A stretch of DNA of 64,000 bases from a virus. Lineage: Duplodnaviria; Caudoviricetes. Made by a program: the position numbers and the translations under genes. Below the pieces are notes generated by a model that saw nothing but the letters and a program-made list of their open reading frames with translations, ran no database searches and had not been told where the DNA came from. Positions 45,803 to 56,300 of this stretch are shown one piece after another (position 1 is the stretch's first letter; each line of letters starts with the position of its first letter). The stretch lies in IMG/VR virus record IMGVR_UViG_3300011678_000001, positions 205,791-269,790 of that record. One strand, 5' to 3'.

Positions 45803-46267
45803 TTACTTGTCGAAAGCTGCAGCGAAGGTGTCGTTCACGTGGGTGATTACACGCTTCAGATCGCCACGCTTAGCAGCAGCGCCGCTGTCGAGCTTGACGG
45901 AGACATTGCCGTACTTGGCACGCTCTTCGGTGGCGCCCGGTGCACGGACCATGACCTTGCGATCAACCGAGGCACGGATGGTGTTGTTACCGAAGTCCAG
46001 GGACACGGAGGTACGTTCCAGATCAGGCTTGTCTTGCATGCGCTGACGGGTGGAGTTACCCAGGCCCAGGGCTACCGCACTGGCAAATACGGCTTCGGTG
46101 TTCTGAACGCGCTTGATCAGATCAAGGTCCAGACCTTCTTCGAGGTTGTCCTTCACGAAGGTTTCCGGCAGGACCGCAGCACCATCGTCGTCGTAAGACA
46201 GGCTGTCTTCAACGATTTTGCCCAGGTTCTTGATCTCATCGGATACTTTGTTCAGTACTTCGGACAT
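45803..46267 (-). CDS. hypothetical protein, probably highly expressed and early
   Basis: 154 aa with strong codon bias, GGAG RBS, own promoter motif and downstream terminator (45766-45786). Confidence 0.8.
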   Translation of the reverse strand: MSEVLNKVSDEIKNLGKIVEDSLSYDDDGAAVLPETFVKDNLEEGLDLDLIKRVQNTEAVFASAVALGLGNSTRQRMQDKPDLERTSVSLDFGNNTIRASVDRKVMVRAPGATEERAKYGNVSVKLDSGAAAKRGDLKRVITHVNDTFAAAFDK

Positions 46268-46365
46268 CGCTATTACTCCATTTAATTTTCGTTGGTCAAC
46301 ACGTGTTAACGCACATCAGTGGCGGCTGAAGTTTTTATTTACAATCAGCTTCCGATATACACAAG

Positions 46366-46393
46366 GGTAATGTAGCCCCACAAAAAGCTTGAA
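46366..46393 (-). promoter_or_regulatory. putative early promoter TTCAA-N14-TACATTACC
   Basis: Recurring motif just after terminator 46414-46437. Confidence 0.6.
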
Positions 46394-46446
46394 TCGAATC
46401 AAATCAACAAAAGAAAAAGGACCCGAAGGCCCCTTTTCTTCCAGCC

Positions 46447-46698
46447 TTAGCTGGCAGTAGCTTCGGCCTCAGGCGCCGACTCAGTCTTATCGACAGGAGC
46501 GGTTTCAGCTTCCTTGAGGGCGTCTGCTGCATCCTTGCTCTGCTGGGCCTTCTTGGCCTTGCAGCGCTTACGCAGGTAGATGCCACCACCGGCGACCGCA
46601 ACAGTCGCCACGGCGATGCCAGCGGCTGCTACAGGGTTAGCGCGAGCTGCGCCGACAACAACAACGACAGTACCTTTGATCGCTTCGAGAATTGCCAT
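46447..46698 (-). CDS. 83-aa single-pass membrane protein
   Basis: PVAAAGIAVATVAVAGGGIYL followed by basic RKRCKAKK; GGAG RBS. Confidence 0.75.
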   Translation of the reverse strand: MAILEAIKGTVVVVVGAARANPVAAAGIAVATVAVAGGGIYLRKRCKAKKAQQSKDAADALKEAETAPVDKTESAPEAEATAS

Positions 46699-46726
46699 GG
46701 TGTTTCTCCAAAATCTATAATGAGGT

Positions 46727-46870
46727 TTATTGAGTGATGATGCGGGTAGCGCCGCGCAGGGCGGCTTTCTTGCGTTTATCATGCTTGTCACCGATGTAAC
46801 CGATCACAAGCAACAGTACCATGAACCCGGCTATAACCGCCAGGTCCATCATGGGGTTATGGTCGGCCAT
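46727..46870 (-). CDS. 47-aa single-pass membrane protein
   Basis: MADHNPMMDLAVIAGFMVLLLVIGYIGDKHDKRKKAALRGATRIITQ; AAGGAG RBS. Confidence 0.72.
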   Translation of the reverse strand: MADHNPMMDLAVIAGFMVLLLVIGYIGDKHDKRKKAALRGATRIITQ

Positions 46871-46872
46871 GT

Positions 46873-47004
46873 TTATTCTCCTTTCTCTTTCATCTTGTTG
46901 CGCAGGATTTCATTTTCCCGGCGCAGTTCATTGCGTTCGTCGTTACGGCTCTTCAACCACCAGCCCAGGCCGACACCGACAGATACAAGAATTAGCTTTT
47001 CCAT
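46873..47004 (-). CDS. 43-aa N-anchored protein with coiled-coil tail
   Basis: MEKLILVSVGVGLGWWLKSRNDERNELRRENEILRNKMKEKGE; AAGGAG RBS. Confidence 0.72.
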   Translation of the reverse strand: MEKLILVSVGVGLGWWLKSRNDERNELRRENEILRNKMKEKGE

Positions 47005-47040
47005 GAGTAGTCTCCTTAAGACTGAGGTGAATCAGAGGGA

Positions 47041-47427
47041 TTAACGGTAGAACGATTTGGTCTCGTTCGCCACTTCAGCGACGAGCAATACAGGAAGCAC
47101 TACGAAGAACTCCATGAGAGCGCCCTCGGCTTTGATAGCGTCGATTGCTTGCAGGAACTCATCGTCTGTACAGGGTAGCAGTACGCCGTTCTCTATGCGG
47201 CCTGTGAAGGCCTTAGGCGTGAAGTAGCTGAGGATGTGGTCAGCAGTATCCAGGTCTTCCTGAATCAGCTGACTTTCATCGAAACGGCTTTCTTCTTTGA
47301 GGCGCTCGGCAATGGCATTCATCTGAGCCAAGGCTTCTTTACTGAACACCACATACTCGCCCAGCTCACGGTTGGTGAACAGGTTGGCTACTTTGGCTTT
47401 CAGGGTATCACGAGTAATTGCAGACAC
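47041..47427 (-). CDS. acidic hypothetical protein, first gene of putative early operon B
   Basis: 128 aa; GTG start with AGGAG RBS; hydrophobic stretch near the C-terminus. Confidence 0.75.
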   Translation of the reverse strand: MSAITRDTLKAKVANLFTNRELGEYVVFSKEALAQMNAIAERLKEESRFDESQLIQEDLDTADHILSYFTPKAFTGRIENGVLLPCTDDEFLQAIDAIKAEGALMEFFVVLPVLLVAEVANETKSFYR

Positions 47428-47463
47428 AGTTGTTCTCCTGGAACATAAGGGTTAAAACAGGAA

Positions 47464-47519
47464 GATCATTCTTCCTATTCACTGTTACTATGTATTGCTG
47501 AAAAATATTCGAATCGAAT
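47464..47519 (-). repeat. promoter/leader repeat, copy 2
   Basis: 34 bp identical to 25635-25668; contains TTCGA-N14-TACATAGT. Confidence 0.85.
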
Positions 47520-47596
47520 TTATTTCCAGGCAAGCCAGCATAAACCCCCTGCCCTCAGCACGAAGCCGGGGACAGGGGGTTTATGACAGGTGTTGC

Positions 47597-48892
47597 TTAC
47601 TTGGCAGCCTTATCAGCAGCGCGCTTGATCGCGACGTTCAGTTCGCGAATGATCGACGCCATGACAGTGAAGCCAGTGTTGTAGCAGGACCAGCCCAGAC
47701 GATCCATTTCAGAGATCAGACGGACAGCAACAGCAGCTTCGGAGCTACCGGTGACCTTGGCCTTCAGTTCAGCAACCAGCTTCTTGTGCTCGGCCCACTT
47801 CTTCGGCGACTGAGCGCGCTTGTCGCGGGTCTTGGCAGCAGCGGAAGCTACCTTGCTTGCGCCTTCGATCAGGTCATCGATCTTCACCTGCTGCTTCTTC
47901 AGCGCGCCGTAAGTGAAGTAGATGAGGCCCGACTGGTCAGCGAACAGCAGTTCAGCGATCAGGCCCTTGTGGGCTTTACGCCAGCTGACGTCCAGCTTGG
48001 CAGCGTTGGCCCAATCGCCCATGGCTTCAGCGCCCTTCACTTTGAAGGTGGAAGCTTGGAACTTGCGGTTGCCCATAACAGCGCGAGCAGCGAAGTTACG
48101 AACGACTTCAGCGCCGACGTTCTTCAGACCCTTGATCTGCTCGAGCGCTTTCTTGGCGGCGTCGGCATCTTTCCAGTCAACCTTGACAGCGATGTCGGTC
48201 GCTTTCTTGGCAGTGGCCATGGCCTGGTCGCCGTACGCGAGCAGCTCGTCCATCGCCTTACCGGTGCTGGCAGCAGCGACCGAAGGGGAAGTCATCTTGC
48301 CGTCAACGATGAACGCCTGAACGACGCCAGTAAAGTAGGCAGCGCTACCATGGCGGGTTTCGACGTCTTTGCCAGCGTGTTGCTTCATGGCCGCGATGTT
48401 GGCTTCCAGTTCAGGAATCTCGCGGTTCATCATGCCGAGCTTGTCCCACAGGTCGGACAGGGAGTAGCTTTCCATGGTGACGTTCAGTGCCGACTCGAGG
48501 CTGGCGCTGGTGTTCAGCAGGTGTTGACGCACTTCAGCAGCACGCTGAGCTGGGTCCATCGAGGACTCCATGCCAGTAGTCTGCATGACGACGCCGTAAC
48601 GACCAGTCACAGCGTTGGCCAATGCAACGGCAGCATCGAGCTGCTCGTGGCTGACTTCTTGACCTTCAGCGATCTGAGCAGCGGCGCTGGTCAGGGTCTC
48701 GACGTCGCCTTCGACTTCAAGGCGGTCTTCGACGTAGCTTTCAGGGGTCAGCTCGTTGCTGTCGACAGCGGCTTCGTACAGCTCTTCCTGCATCTCGGCA
48801 TCGGTTTGCTCGAGAGGAGTAGGCTCGGAAGGCTCACCATTCAGCGAGGCCATGGAAACGGAAAGAGCTTGTTGCAGAATCGGGTTTTTCAT
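47597..48892 (-). CDS. internal head (inner body/ejection) protein, phiKZ-type
   Basis: Acidic propeptide with GMES/SLES/TMES prohead-protease sites, then an Ala/Lys-rich mature region; high-expression codons. Confidence 0.75.
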   Translation of the reverse strand: MKNPILQQALSVSMASLNGEPSEPTPLEQTDAEMQEELYEAAVDSNELTPESYVEDRLEVEGDVETLTSAAAQIAEGQEVSHEQLDAAVALANAVTGRYGVVMQTTGMESSMDPAQRAAEVRQHLLNTSASLESALNVTMESYSLSDLWDKLGMMNREIPELEANIAAMKQHAGKDVETRHGSAAYFTGVVQAFIVDGKMTSPSVAAASTGKAMDELLAYGDQAMATAKKATDIAVKVDWKDADAAKKALEQIKGLKNVGAEVVRNFAARAVMGNRKFQASTFKVKGAEAMGDWANAAKLDVSWRKAHKGLIAELLFADQSGLIYFTYGALKKQQVKIDDLIEGASKVASAAAKTRDKRAQSPKKWAEHKKLVAELKAKVTGSSEAAVAVRLISEMDRLGWSCYNTGFTVMASIIRELNVAIKRAADKAAK

Positions 48893-50199
48893 TTGGAAGG
48901 GTCCTTGACAGTTTTCTTGAGCACATCATTAGCGATAAGCGTGATGTTACGGTACACATACGAAGCATGGTCCTCCATCATAGTGGCGATGGACTTCCCA
49001 AGGAACATGTATTGCGACACGCTCCGACGCGCCGCCCGATGCAGAGAACGAAGCTCCCTGACACGAATGGCATTTTCTTGCTCAGTCTTTTCGGTGTTGA
49101 CGCGGTTGTATGCATCGTCCATGTCGCTAGACATCCGAGTGATCCGCTCACCCATGGCCGCTGCCATTTGAGCAAACTTCACCACCTGGTTGTTCAGCGC
49201 AATGGTGTCGTCCAGCATACTAATGAATGCTGAAACGTCGGTTTCTCCGCCACCGGCTTTAACTTGATTGACCACCTGTTTCTGGGCAGCCACCACGTTA
49301 ATGCCAGCCACACCTCTAACAGACTTTACCGGTCCGCCAATGGAGAAGCCGTGTATCTTTTTCGTGGCCAACTGTGTCACCAGATTGTTCGCATCAGCTT
49401 CCTTGGTCGTGAACTTCCAAAGGGATTTGCTGACCCGATACTGAGGGTAACCACGTTTATCGAGGTAAATCATACGATTACCTAACAAATGAAACTTTGT
49501 CAGGTTATTGAACTCAGTGCGGTCCAGCAAGGCCTCGTCAAACTGATCGATGGCGTCGCGGATGTCACTTTCAGAATCGCTGTTGCAGGCCTCACGGAAA
49601 CGCTTGCTGAGGCTGGTGGACAACTCGAACAGATGCTTGTAGTGCACTTCGCACGCCTTGATAAACTCAAGGTCTTCATCGATTGCGGTGTCCAGTCCCT
49701 TGACCGGTTTGTTGTCGCGGGTCAGGAAGTTATACGACGAAATCGAGTCCAACAGCACAGGCTTGGCCTCAATGGCCTCTTTGTGTTTGGTGATCTCGTT
49801 GCGAATGGCGACCAAGTCTTTCCCGAAGGTTTTCATCAAGGTAGCCATCGTGCCAAAGGTGCGCTTCAAGGATCGGATCAGGTCCGATTCCATTGAAGGG
49901 CGGTGCAGCATTTCCATGGCAACGCGCAGTTCCTGTACCAGCGCTTCCCCAGTCTGGGCATTGCCGGTGATCATGTCACGATGAGATGCTCGCCATTCCC
50001 GATACGTCTGTTCAGCTTCCAGAATATCGACAACTGACCCGTCGGCCATGGTGATCTGCTCAACGCAGGCTTCCAAGGTCATGCGACTGGCATCAATGTC
50101 GGCCATTTCCGAAATCACGGGAAGTGCCGGAGCCAGAGAGGTCTCTGACTCCAAGCGCTCGACAGCATCCACCAACGCAGTGTTGATGGGGTCTTGCAT
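48889..50199 (-). CDS. internal head protein paralog
   Basis: Acidic N-region ending in AME/SMES; helical; adjacent to the protease. Confidence 0.7.
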   Translation of the reverse strand: MQDPINTALVDAVERLESETSLAPALPVISEMADIDASRMTLEACVEQITMADGSVVDILEAEQTYREWRASHRDMITGNAQTGEALVQELRVAMEMLHRPSMESDLIRSLKRTFGTMATLMKTFGKDLVAIRNEITKHKEAIEAKPVLLDSISSYNFLTRDNKPVKGLDTAIDEDLEFIKACEVHYKHLFELSTSLSKRFREACNSDSESDIRDAIDQFDEALLDRTEFNNLTKFHLLGNRMIYLDKRGYPQYRVSKSLWKFTTKEADANNLVTQLATKKIHGFSIGGPVKSVRGVAGINVVAAQKQVVNQVKAGGGETDVSAFISMLDDTIALNNQVVKFAQMAAAMGERITRMSSDMDDAYNRVNTEKTEQENAIRVRELRSLHRAARRSVSQYMFLGKSIATMMEDHASYVYRNITLIANDVLKKTVKDPSK

Positions 50200-50979
50200 T
50201 TACCACCTCCAGGCGCTGGGAACGTACGCCTTGATAGGCCGTTCGATCTCAGCAATGAGGGACATGACATTGGCGTTGGATTCAAAGCCGATGCCTTCAC
50301 CGAAACCGACCTGAGGAATGGCACGGGCTTCACGACGCAGGGCGTCTACGAAGAACGCGGTTTCCAGATCCGCTTCAGGGATGTCTTGGGCCAACGACTC
50401 AAGCGAGGCCGTGCCGTACTTGGACGACTTGGCGATGCCCGGCTCATTGACCGTGTCCCAGGTGACGATCTTCTTGAGGAACTTGGTCTTCACCCCACCG
50501 ATGACTTTGTCTTCGGTAAAGGAACGGATGGAGAAGCAGACGTCTTCATCACGGTTCTCCAGCTGACGGTCCAACCAAGTGCTTTCCTTACCGGACGACT
50601 TGACTTCACCGACGACCATGGTCACTTGACGACCGCGCTCATCCACACCCGGCTCTAAACGAATCCGGCGAATGTGCACGCAGACGTTTGGCTCGAAGAT
50701 GTCGTTGACACGGCTGAACCATTCCAGCTGCGTCATGCCAGGACGGAAACGTGGATGACCGCACTCACCACGCAGGCGAGCGGTTTCCATCATGCGCATC
50801 AGACCGCCCGATCCTTCGATCAGACGACGGCCTTCCGGCTCGCTGTACAGCCAGCCAGCAGAGTTGAACGCACCGAGTGCACCCAACCGAACTTCGTAGT
50901 ACCCATTGTCGAGCTTCTTCAGGTCCCCCACCCGATTGATGCCCTGGAGTACGTTACACTGATAAACAATACGTTCCAT
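50200..50979 (-). CDS. prohead (head maturation) serine protease (phiKZ gp175 / SPN3US gp245-like)
   Basis: LRGECGHP (His), FSIRS (Ser), TWDTVNEPGI, and C-terminal self-cleavage site SLES. Confidence 0.9.
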   Translation of the reverse strand: MERIVYQCNVLQGINRVGDLKKLDNGYYEVRLGALGAFNSAGWLYSEPEGRRLIEGSGGLMRMMETARLRGECGHPRFRPGMTQLEWFSRVNDIFEPNVCVHIRRIRLEPGVDERGRQVTMVVGEVKSSGKESTWLDRQLENRDEDVCFSIRSFTEDKVIGGVKTKFLKKIVTWDTVNEPGIAKSSKYGTASLESLAQDIPEADLETAFFVDALRREARAIPQVGFGEGIGFESNANVMSLIAEIERPIKAYVPSAWRW

Positions 50980-50992
50980 AACTCTTAACCTT

Positions 50993-51724
50993 TTACGTCC
51001 GAAGTATCTTCTCAGTCCGCTCGACGCGCTCGCCAGGGTTAACAATCGCACTGGTCATGCCTTCGTCGAACCGCGAACCGGTGATTTTAGCGATGGTGTT
51101 CGTGGCGCCGTAACTGACGTTCCGCAGTGGAATGATCGTCGGTGGCGACTGAGTGATGTCTTCGTAGGTTTCGACCACTTGACGGTAGTACCGCCTGAGG
51201 TCATTCTCATCCCGAGCAATCGCAGCCGTGATGATCTCCATAACCGCCGGTGTCTTACCGACGCGGACCCCTGCATGCTTCAATGAGGTCTGGAAGATAC
51301 CGCCAAGTTCGGTGTAGGTGATGTACCAGGGCACTCGACCTTTGGCGATGATTTCGTCATAGATACGATAGAGCAAGTTATCGATCATTACGAGGTCTTC
51401 ACTACAGATGACCCGATCACCGGGCTCGTAGTGCATTTCGATGTATTCGACCTCGTCGATAACCGCGGTGTTGACCAGCGTGGGCTCACTTCGGATCGGG
51501 GCACAGATCTTGGACGCCATGTAATAGGTGTCCTCGAGAACGATGGCGCAGATACCCGTGAAGGTGATCTCGTCTTCGAACGTAGCCAAGTCGCGCTGAG
51601 GAAACCGAGCGGGGATGTAGACCTTGAGCGGCTTCAGCGCCACAAACGAACCTTCATCGGTCCGCTGGAGAGCCTTGTGGACGCGCGCTGCGTCACGGAC
51701 GAACTTACTCGATTTGATGCTCAT
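50993..51724 (-). CDS. phiKZ gp176 / SPN3US gp244-like virion RNAP-associated protein
   Basis: 243 aa; synteny protease-gp176-gp177-vRNAP; C-terminal GSRFDEGMTSAIVNP..ERTEKILR. Confidence 0.7.
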   Translation of the reverse strand: MSIKSSKFVRDAARVHKALQRTDEGSFVALKPLKVYIPARFPQRDLATFEDEITFTGICAIVLEDTYYMASKICAPIRSEPTLVNTAVIDEVEYIEMHYEPGDRVICSEDLVMIDNLLYRIYDEIIAKGRVPWYITYTELGGIFQTSLKHAGVRVGKTPAVMEIITAAIARDENDLRRYYRQVVETYEDITQSPPTIIPLRNVSYGATNTIAKITGSRFDEGMTSAIVNPGERVERTEKILRT

Positions 51725-51776
51725 TGCGAAAATCCTGATGATAGCCAGAGGGTGTGACCCCTCTGGCTAGAGACGG

Positions 51777-53129
51777 TTATGCCTGGATGAGGCCCATCTG
51801 ACGGCACAGCCAGTAGTTGACGTACTTGATGGTAGCCATCAGCGCGATTTCACGTGGGTCAGTGTCAGCGTTAACGCCAGCACCGGCACGGTTCATCAGG
51901 CAGATGAAAGTCAGTGCATCGGTCTTCGGGTAGAAGACTTCACAGACCACTTCAGTGACCAGATTGTTGATGTCGTCGCAGTTGCGCTCATTGATCTTGC
52001 TGACCAACTCGGCAAGCTTACGGGAAGCTGCTTCCATACCTTCGCCGAGGTCTTTGGCAATGATCTGCTTGGCCACGCAGGTGCGGATGGCTTCGCGAAC
52101 GATACCGGTCATTTCGGATTGGACCTTCAGACCACGCAGGTTCATCTCGCGGTTGTAGATCTGCTCCAATGCGGTTTTGTTCTCGATCAACTGACCGGCT
52201 GTGAACCGACGACCGGCCATTTCGTTACCGATCAGGGCTTCAGGCGTGAGGCCTTTTTCCAGCAGACCGCGATAAACCCGACCCATGACCACGATGGTGG
52301 TGAGCGAGTCACGACCGTCAGTGGAATAGAGGGTGCCGAGCTTTTCAGCTTCAGCATAACGGATCATGGCAGCACGGATCAGCTGAGCAGTCTTGCCCAA
52401 CAGACGGTTGACCTGGTTGTTGTACTCGACCAGGGTCATGTCCACACCTGGCTCAGGCTCACCATAGATGGCTTGCGCAGCAACCAGTACACCCGGCAGG
52501 TAATCAACGTGAATCTGATTGATGCCCACTTGTCCAGACAGAACCCTCTGTACGGCGGCGTAGCCTTCGTCGTTGTTCAGGCTGAGGGTGGTTGCCAGTT
52601 CGGCGTCAACACCGGCCATACCCGTTTTGCAGAGTTCCTTGACGCGGTCGATAGTCACGACGGCGACAGCACGGACGATGTAGTCCAGCTGGGAGGGCTG
52701 CGGGTAACGCTCGGCCAACTGCTTGAGTGCAGCGTTGGTGTAGATCGCTGGGATTTCCTTCATCACCACCGAGTACGGCAGCGAAGCTTCGATCCGACGG
52801 GCGTTGACATATTCTTGCACTTCGGCCGCCAGCTCTTTGATAGCCGGGAGCACTTGGGTGCGGGTGATTTCATGCAGACGGGCCACCGAGAGGGAAGCCA
52901 GCTTGATGATGTCGGCTTTCGCCACACGGTGAACGTCACCGCTGGTGCGCTGTTGCAACGTGGCAACGATGTCGCTGTTCTCACCGAGGCTGTTGTCGAT
53001 CAGGCTGTTATCCACAGCCATGGCCATGCTCATCAGCGGCGAGTTATCGTTCGGCAGCACGCGGAGCTTACGCTCGTCCAGGCGCTGAACGACTGGGAGT
53101 GCGGCCTCGATCGAAATACGGTTAAGCAT
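51777..53129 (-). CDS. phiKZ gp177-like head protein
   Basis: 450 aa helical; synteny. Confidence 0.68.
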   Translation of the reverse strand: MLNRISIEAALPVVQRLDERKLRVLPNDNSPLMSMAMAVDNSLIDNSLGENSDIVATLQQRTSGDVHRVAKADIIKLASLSVARLHEITRTQVLPAIKELAAEVQEYVNARRIEASLPYSVVMKEIPAIYTNAALKQLAERYPQPSQLDYIVRAVAVVTIDRVKELCKTGMAGVDAELATTLSLNNDEGYAAVQRVLSGQVGINQIHVDYLPGVLVAAQAIYGEPEPGVDMTLVEYNNQVNRLLGKTAQLIRAAMIRYAEAEKLGTLYSTDGRDSLTTIVVMGRVYRGLLEKGLTPEALIGNEMAGRRFTAGQLIENKTALEQIYNREMNLRGLKVQSEMTGIVREAIRTCVAKQIIAKDLGEGMEAASRKLAELVSKINERNCDDINNLVTEVVCEVFYPKTDALTFICLMNRAGAGVNADTDPREIALMATIKYVNYWLCRQMGLIQA

Positions 53130-53316
53130 TATCGCGGCCCTCGATCACATTGTTGATGTCAGCTGCTACAATAGCAGCGATGGTGCGGTCGTTCAGCGGG
53201 GCGCCTTCCAGGTGGTTGGAGACGAGGTTACCCGAGACGTTGGAGATGATCTCCACCGCCAGATCCACGGCGTTCGAAATCACCGACAGATTTTGGAAGG
53301 TAGTAGCATTGCTCAT
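53122..53316 (-). CDS. small conserved protein between vRNAP beta and the gp177-like gene
   Basis: 64 aa from MSNATTF; AGGA RBS; preceded by hairpin 53359-53380. Confidence 0.6.
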   Translation of the reverse strand: MSNATTFQNLSVISNAVDLAVEIISNVSGNLVSNHLEGAPLNDRTIAAIVAADINNVIEGRDNA

Positions 53317-53386
53317 GAGGCAAGTTCCTGTTAAATTTCGAGGCGCTGTAAAAGGAGATCCGGGGGTGGGTACCCCCGGACTTCGA

Positions 53387-56300
53387 CTACTTGGTATCGT
53401 TGGCCATCCACATCGCTGCTGCTTTCTCACCAATCGAGGTTTGCACCGCAATCGACATACCGATCAGCAGGGCTGACAGGACGATACGGTCCATGACCGA
53501 TTTAGCACCGAAGATGGCATTGATCTGCTTGCCTGATTCCGTTTCGTTGATACCGTTTAACCGGTGACCGACGACGGTCTTCATCTGGTTACAGAACACT
53601 GCCTTATCACCGACACCCATGCCTTCACGGTGAGTGATGTAGATTTTAATGGCCACGTGATCGAGTTCCAGACCGTTCCCATCAATCCGCAGGGACTGGT
53701 CGACCTGACCTGTGACAACCGGTTTGCCCAGACGCTTGGCCACCTTACGACGGCGTTTGTCATGGGCACTGACCAACTCCAACAACGAATCCGACATGTC
53801 GTCCGTATCGCCGTGGTAGAAGACTTCGATCTTCGAGACCTCACCAACAGCGCCAGCAGTAGGCGTCGCTGAGGACATCATTCGAAGGGTTTCAAGGTCA
53901 TCGTCAGAGAAGAGTCCAGAATCCGCTGTTACAGCATCTTCAATCGTGCATAAGATACTCGTGATGTCCGTATGGTCCCCTTCCTTCACCAGGTTACGAA
54001 CGGTCTGGTCAAACCGCACCACGACTGTTTTCACCTTGGTGACTTCCGAGCCCAATTGACTGGACAACCAATCGTCTATTGCCGAGGAGTCTTCCAGGGT
54101 ATAGGACGCTTCCATGAGTGCCGTGCGGGCGATGACCCCAGCTTTCCACTGCACTTGATGGCGATGGAACTTGCTCGGCTTAAAGAAGCCCGAGTTGTAC
54201 TTGAGGATGTCACCGGCTTGGACCTTATCGCCCAACTGGAACGTCGAGGCTTGTTTCTGCGGATAGACCGACCCGGCTGAAATACCGTACTGGGTCGTCA
54301 GGTCAATGTGTTCGAAGGTTCCGTCTTCGTACGCCACGACCATGTGTTCATCAGTCCGTTCCACCACCTCACCATTCTTACTGGCAGGGACTGCGAACAC
54401 CTCATCGACCCGGTGGGCCAAGACATGATCGTAGCCGGTGGAGATCGGCGACTCACGATACCCCTCGGCGGAGATCACGTGCGACTGTTGAATACCAATG
54501 AAGTTTACCCGCTTCGGGTCGTCTCGGTCAGCGAACGGCGAGATCAGGGCAGAGGTCGACACAATGTTGGCAGACCCGTCCTTCTCCTTATCGAACTCCC
54601 GTACCGTTCCGCGCACACTGGTGATGTTTGCGTTCGGCGACATGTAGGTGATCACCGCTACGTCACCGGAGTCTACGGTACTTTCCGAAATGAACCCAAT
54701 GTCACTTTCCTTATACAGACGCGCCTCGGCAGTCATCGACCGACCACTGCGACCACCACGGCCACCGTAGGTAATGATCTCTTTCTGCTTCAGGTTCTGA
54801 ATCGGGTTGATGTCGTCCACAATGGCCGACGCCGGGTCTTGAACGATGTTCGTCCAGACTTCGTGTGGCTTCATGGTGACCTGTGAGCTGTTGTTGGCAT
54901 TGCGCGAGTTGTAGACCCGAATCGAACGCACGAGTTCAGCATACACTGCACCCGGAATCCGCTCGTAGCCTTTGGCTCGTTCCAGCCCTTCAACCAGTCC
55001 TTCGGCCGTGTCAACCTTCTTGGGCACATACCGCGTGACCAACAGTTCACAAGCGCGCATCAGCAACGGTACAAACTCGGTCGGCTCCTTCATCCACTCC
55101 AATACACCTTTGGTGATCGGGTCGACCCACATGGCGCTCATCAGGTCCAGCTCGCGCAGGTAGCGCAGCCCGATGTTGTTGGCGTCGAGGATGTTGAAGT
55201 AGACGTCCTTGGCATTGAAGCTATGACGACTGTAGTTCCGTACGTGCTTGTGATAATGCAGGAAGCCTGCAAAGATCATGCTGCTCTGCACGTCGGTCTT
55301 GTCCATCACCAAGGTTTCATCGAGGAACTTGATGGCGTATTCGTCGGCACCCATTTGCAAGCGCGTGCCCAACGGAACAACCCGGTACTGCGCCTTGGTC
55401 ATCTCCAGTAGCGTATTGAAGCCTACGAGGTATGCCAGCGCGATACCAACCGGCATGGTCTTACCGAAGATGCTGATCTCGGCCATGTTGACCGGGGCCT
55501 TGTCTTGCGGCAGGTTGAGGATCTCTTCGATCTGACCCAGAGGCTGTGCATCATCGCTGCCCCGCTTGACCAAATAGAAGACGTTATCTCGTCCGACCAT
55601 GATGTACTGTGCGCCACGCTTACCACAGACCACCCACCCTTTGAATCGGGTCTCAAGCTCGGTCAATGTGGCTTCATCAAACAACCGAGAACGCAGGCGG
55701 TTCTTGTAGTCAAACCAATAATCGCCATTGGCCTCAAAGCTCATCACCCGGCTACCAATCACGGTGTAGACTGTTGGCAGGTCAAGGGAGAAGTCTGCCA
55801 CGTCGGCAATCTTCACGTTCTTGATGGTGTCGTCGGCAGGGTCCAAGCCTTTGGCAATGATCTGCTTACCGATCCAGTTGTCGTAGTTGAACACGGCACG
55901 CATGGAGCGATCAACGAAGATCTTGCTGTAGTAGGACGTCAAGGCTACACGGGAGCTCGACACTTTACGGATTGGCACGTCTGCTTTCTGGGTCCGCATG
56001 CGATACCGCTGACCGTTGGAGACGTACACACCGCGCTTGTCCACCACCGGCACTCGGAAGGAGATGGTCGAGGGTTTACCGGTCACAGGCGTCAACTGAA
56101 TCTTGTGGACTTCATAATGACTGACCGCATCTTCCACTACCTCCACGCTATACCCTGTCACCGCGATGCCTGCTTTCTGCACCGACATGACCGCGTTGAG
56201 GATGTCCTTCTTCATCACCTTTTCGATGTACTGACTGTCCATCTTCTCGACAGTCGACTCCAGCATCGATTCATCCCGCACCGCATCGGACTTGGGATAG

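Noticed and set aside
47495-49171. 558-aa + strand ORF antisense to the head proteins (likewise 20713..21747, 35148..36629, 52119..53156)
   Set aside because: Antisense shadows of highly biased genes.
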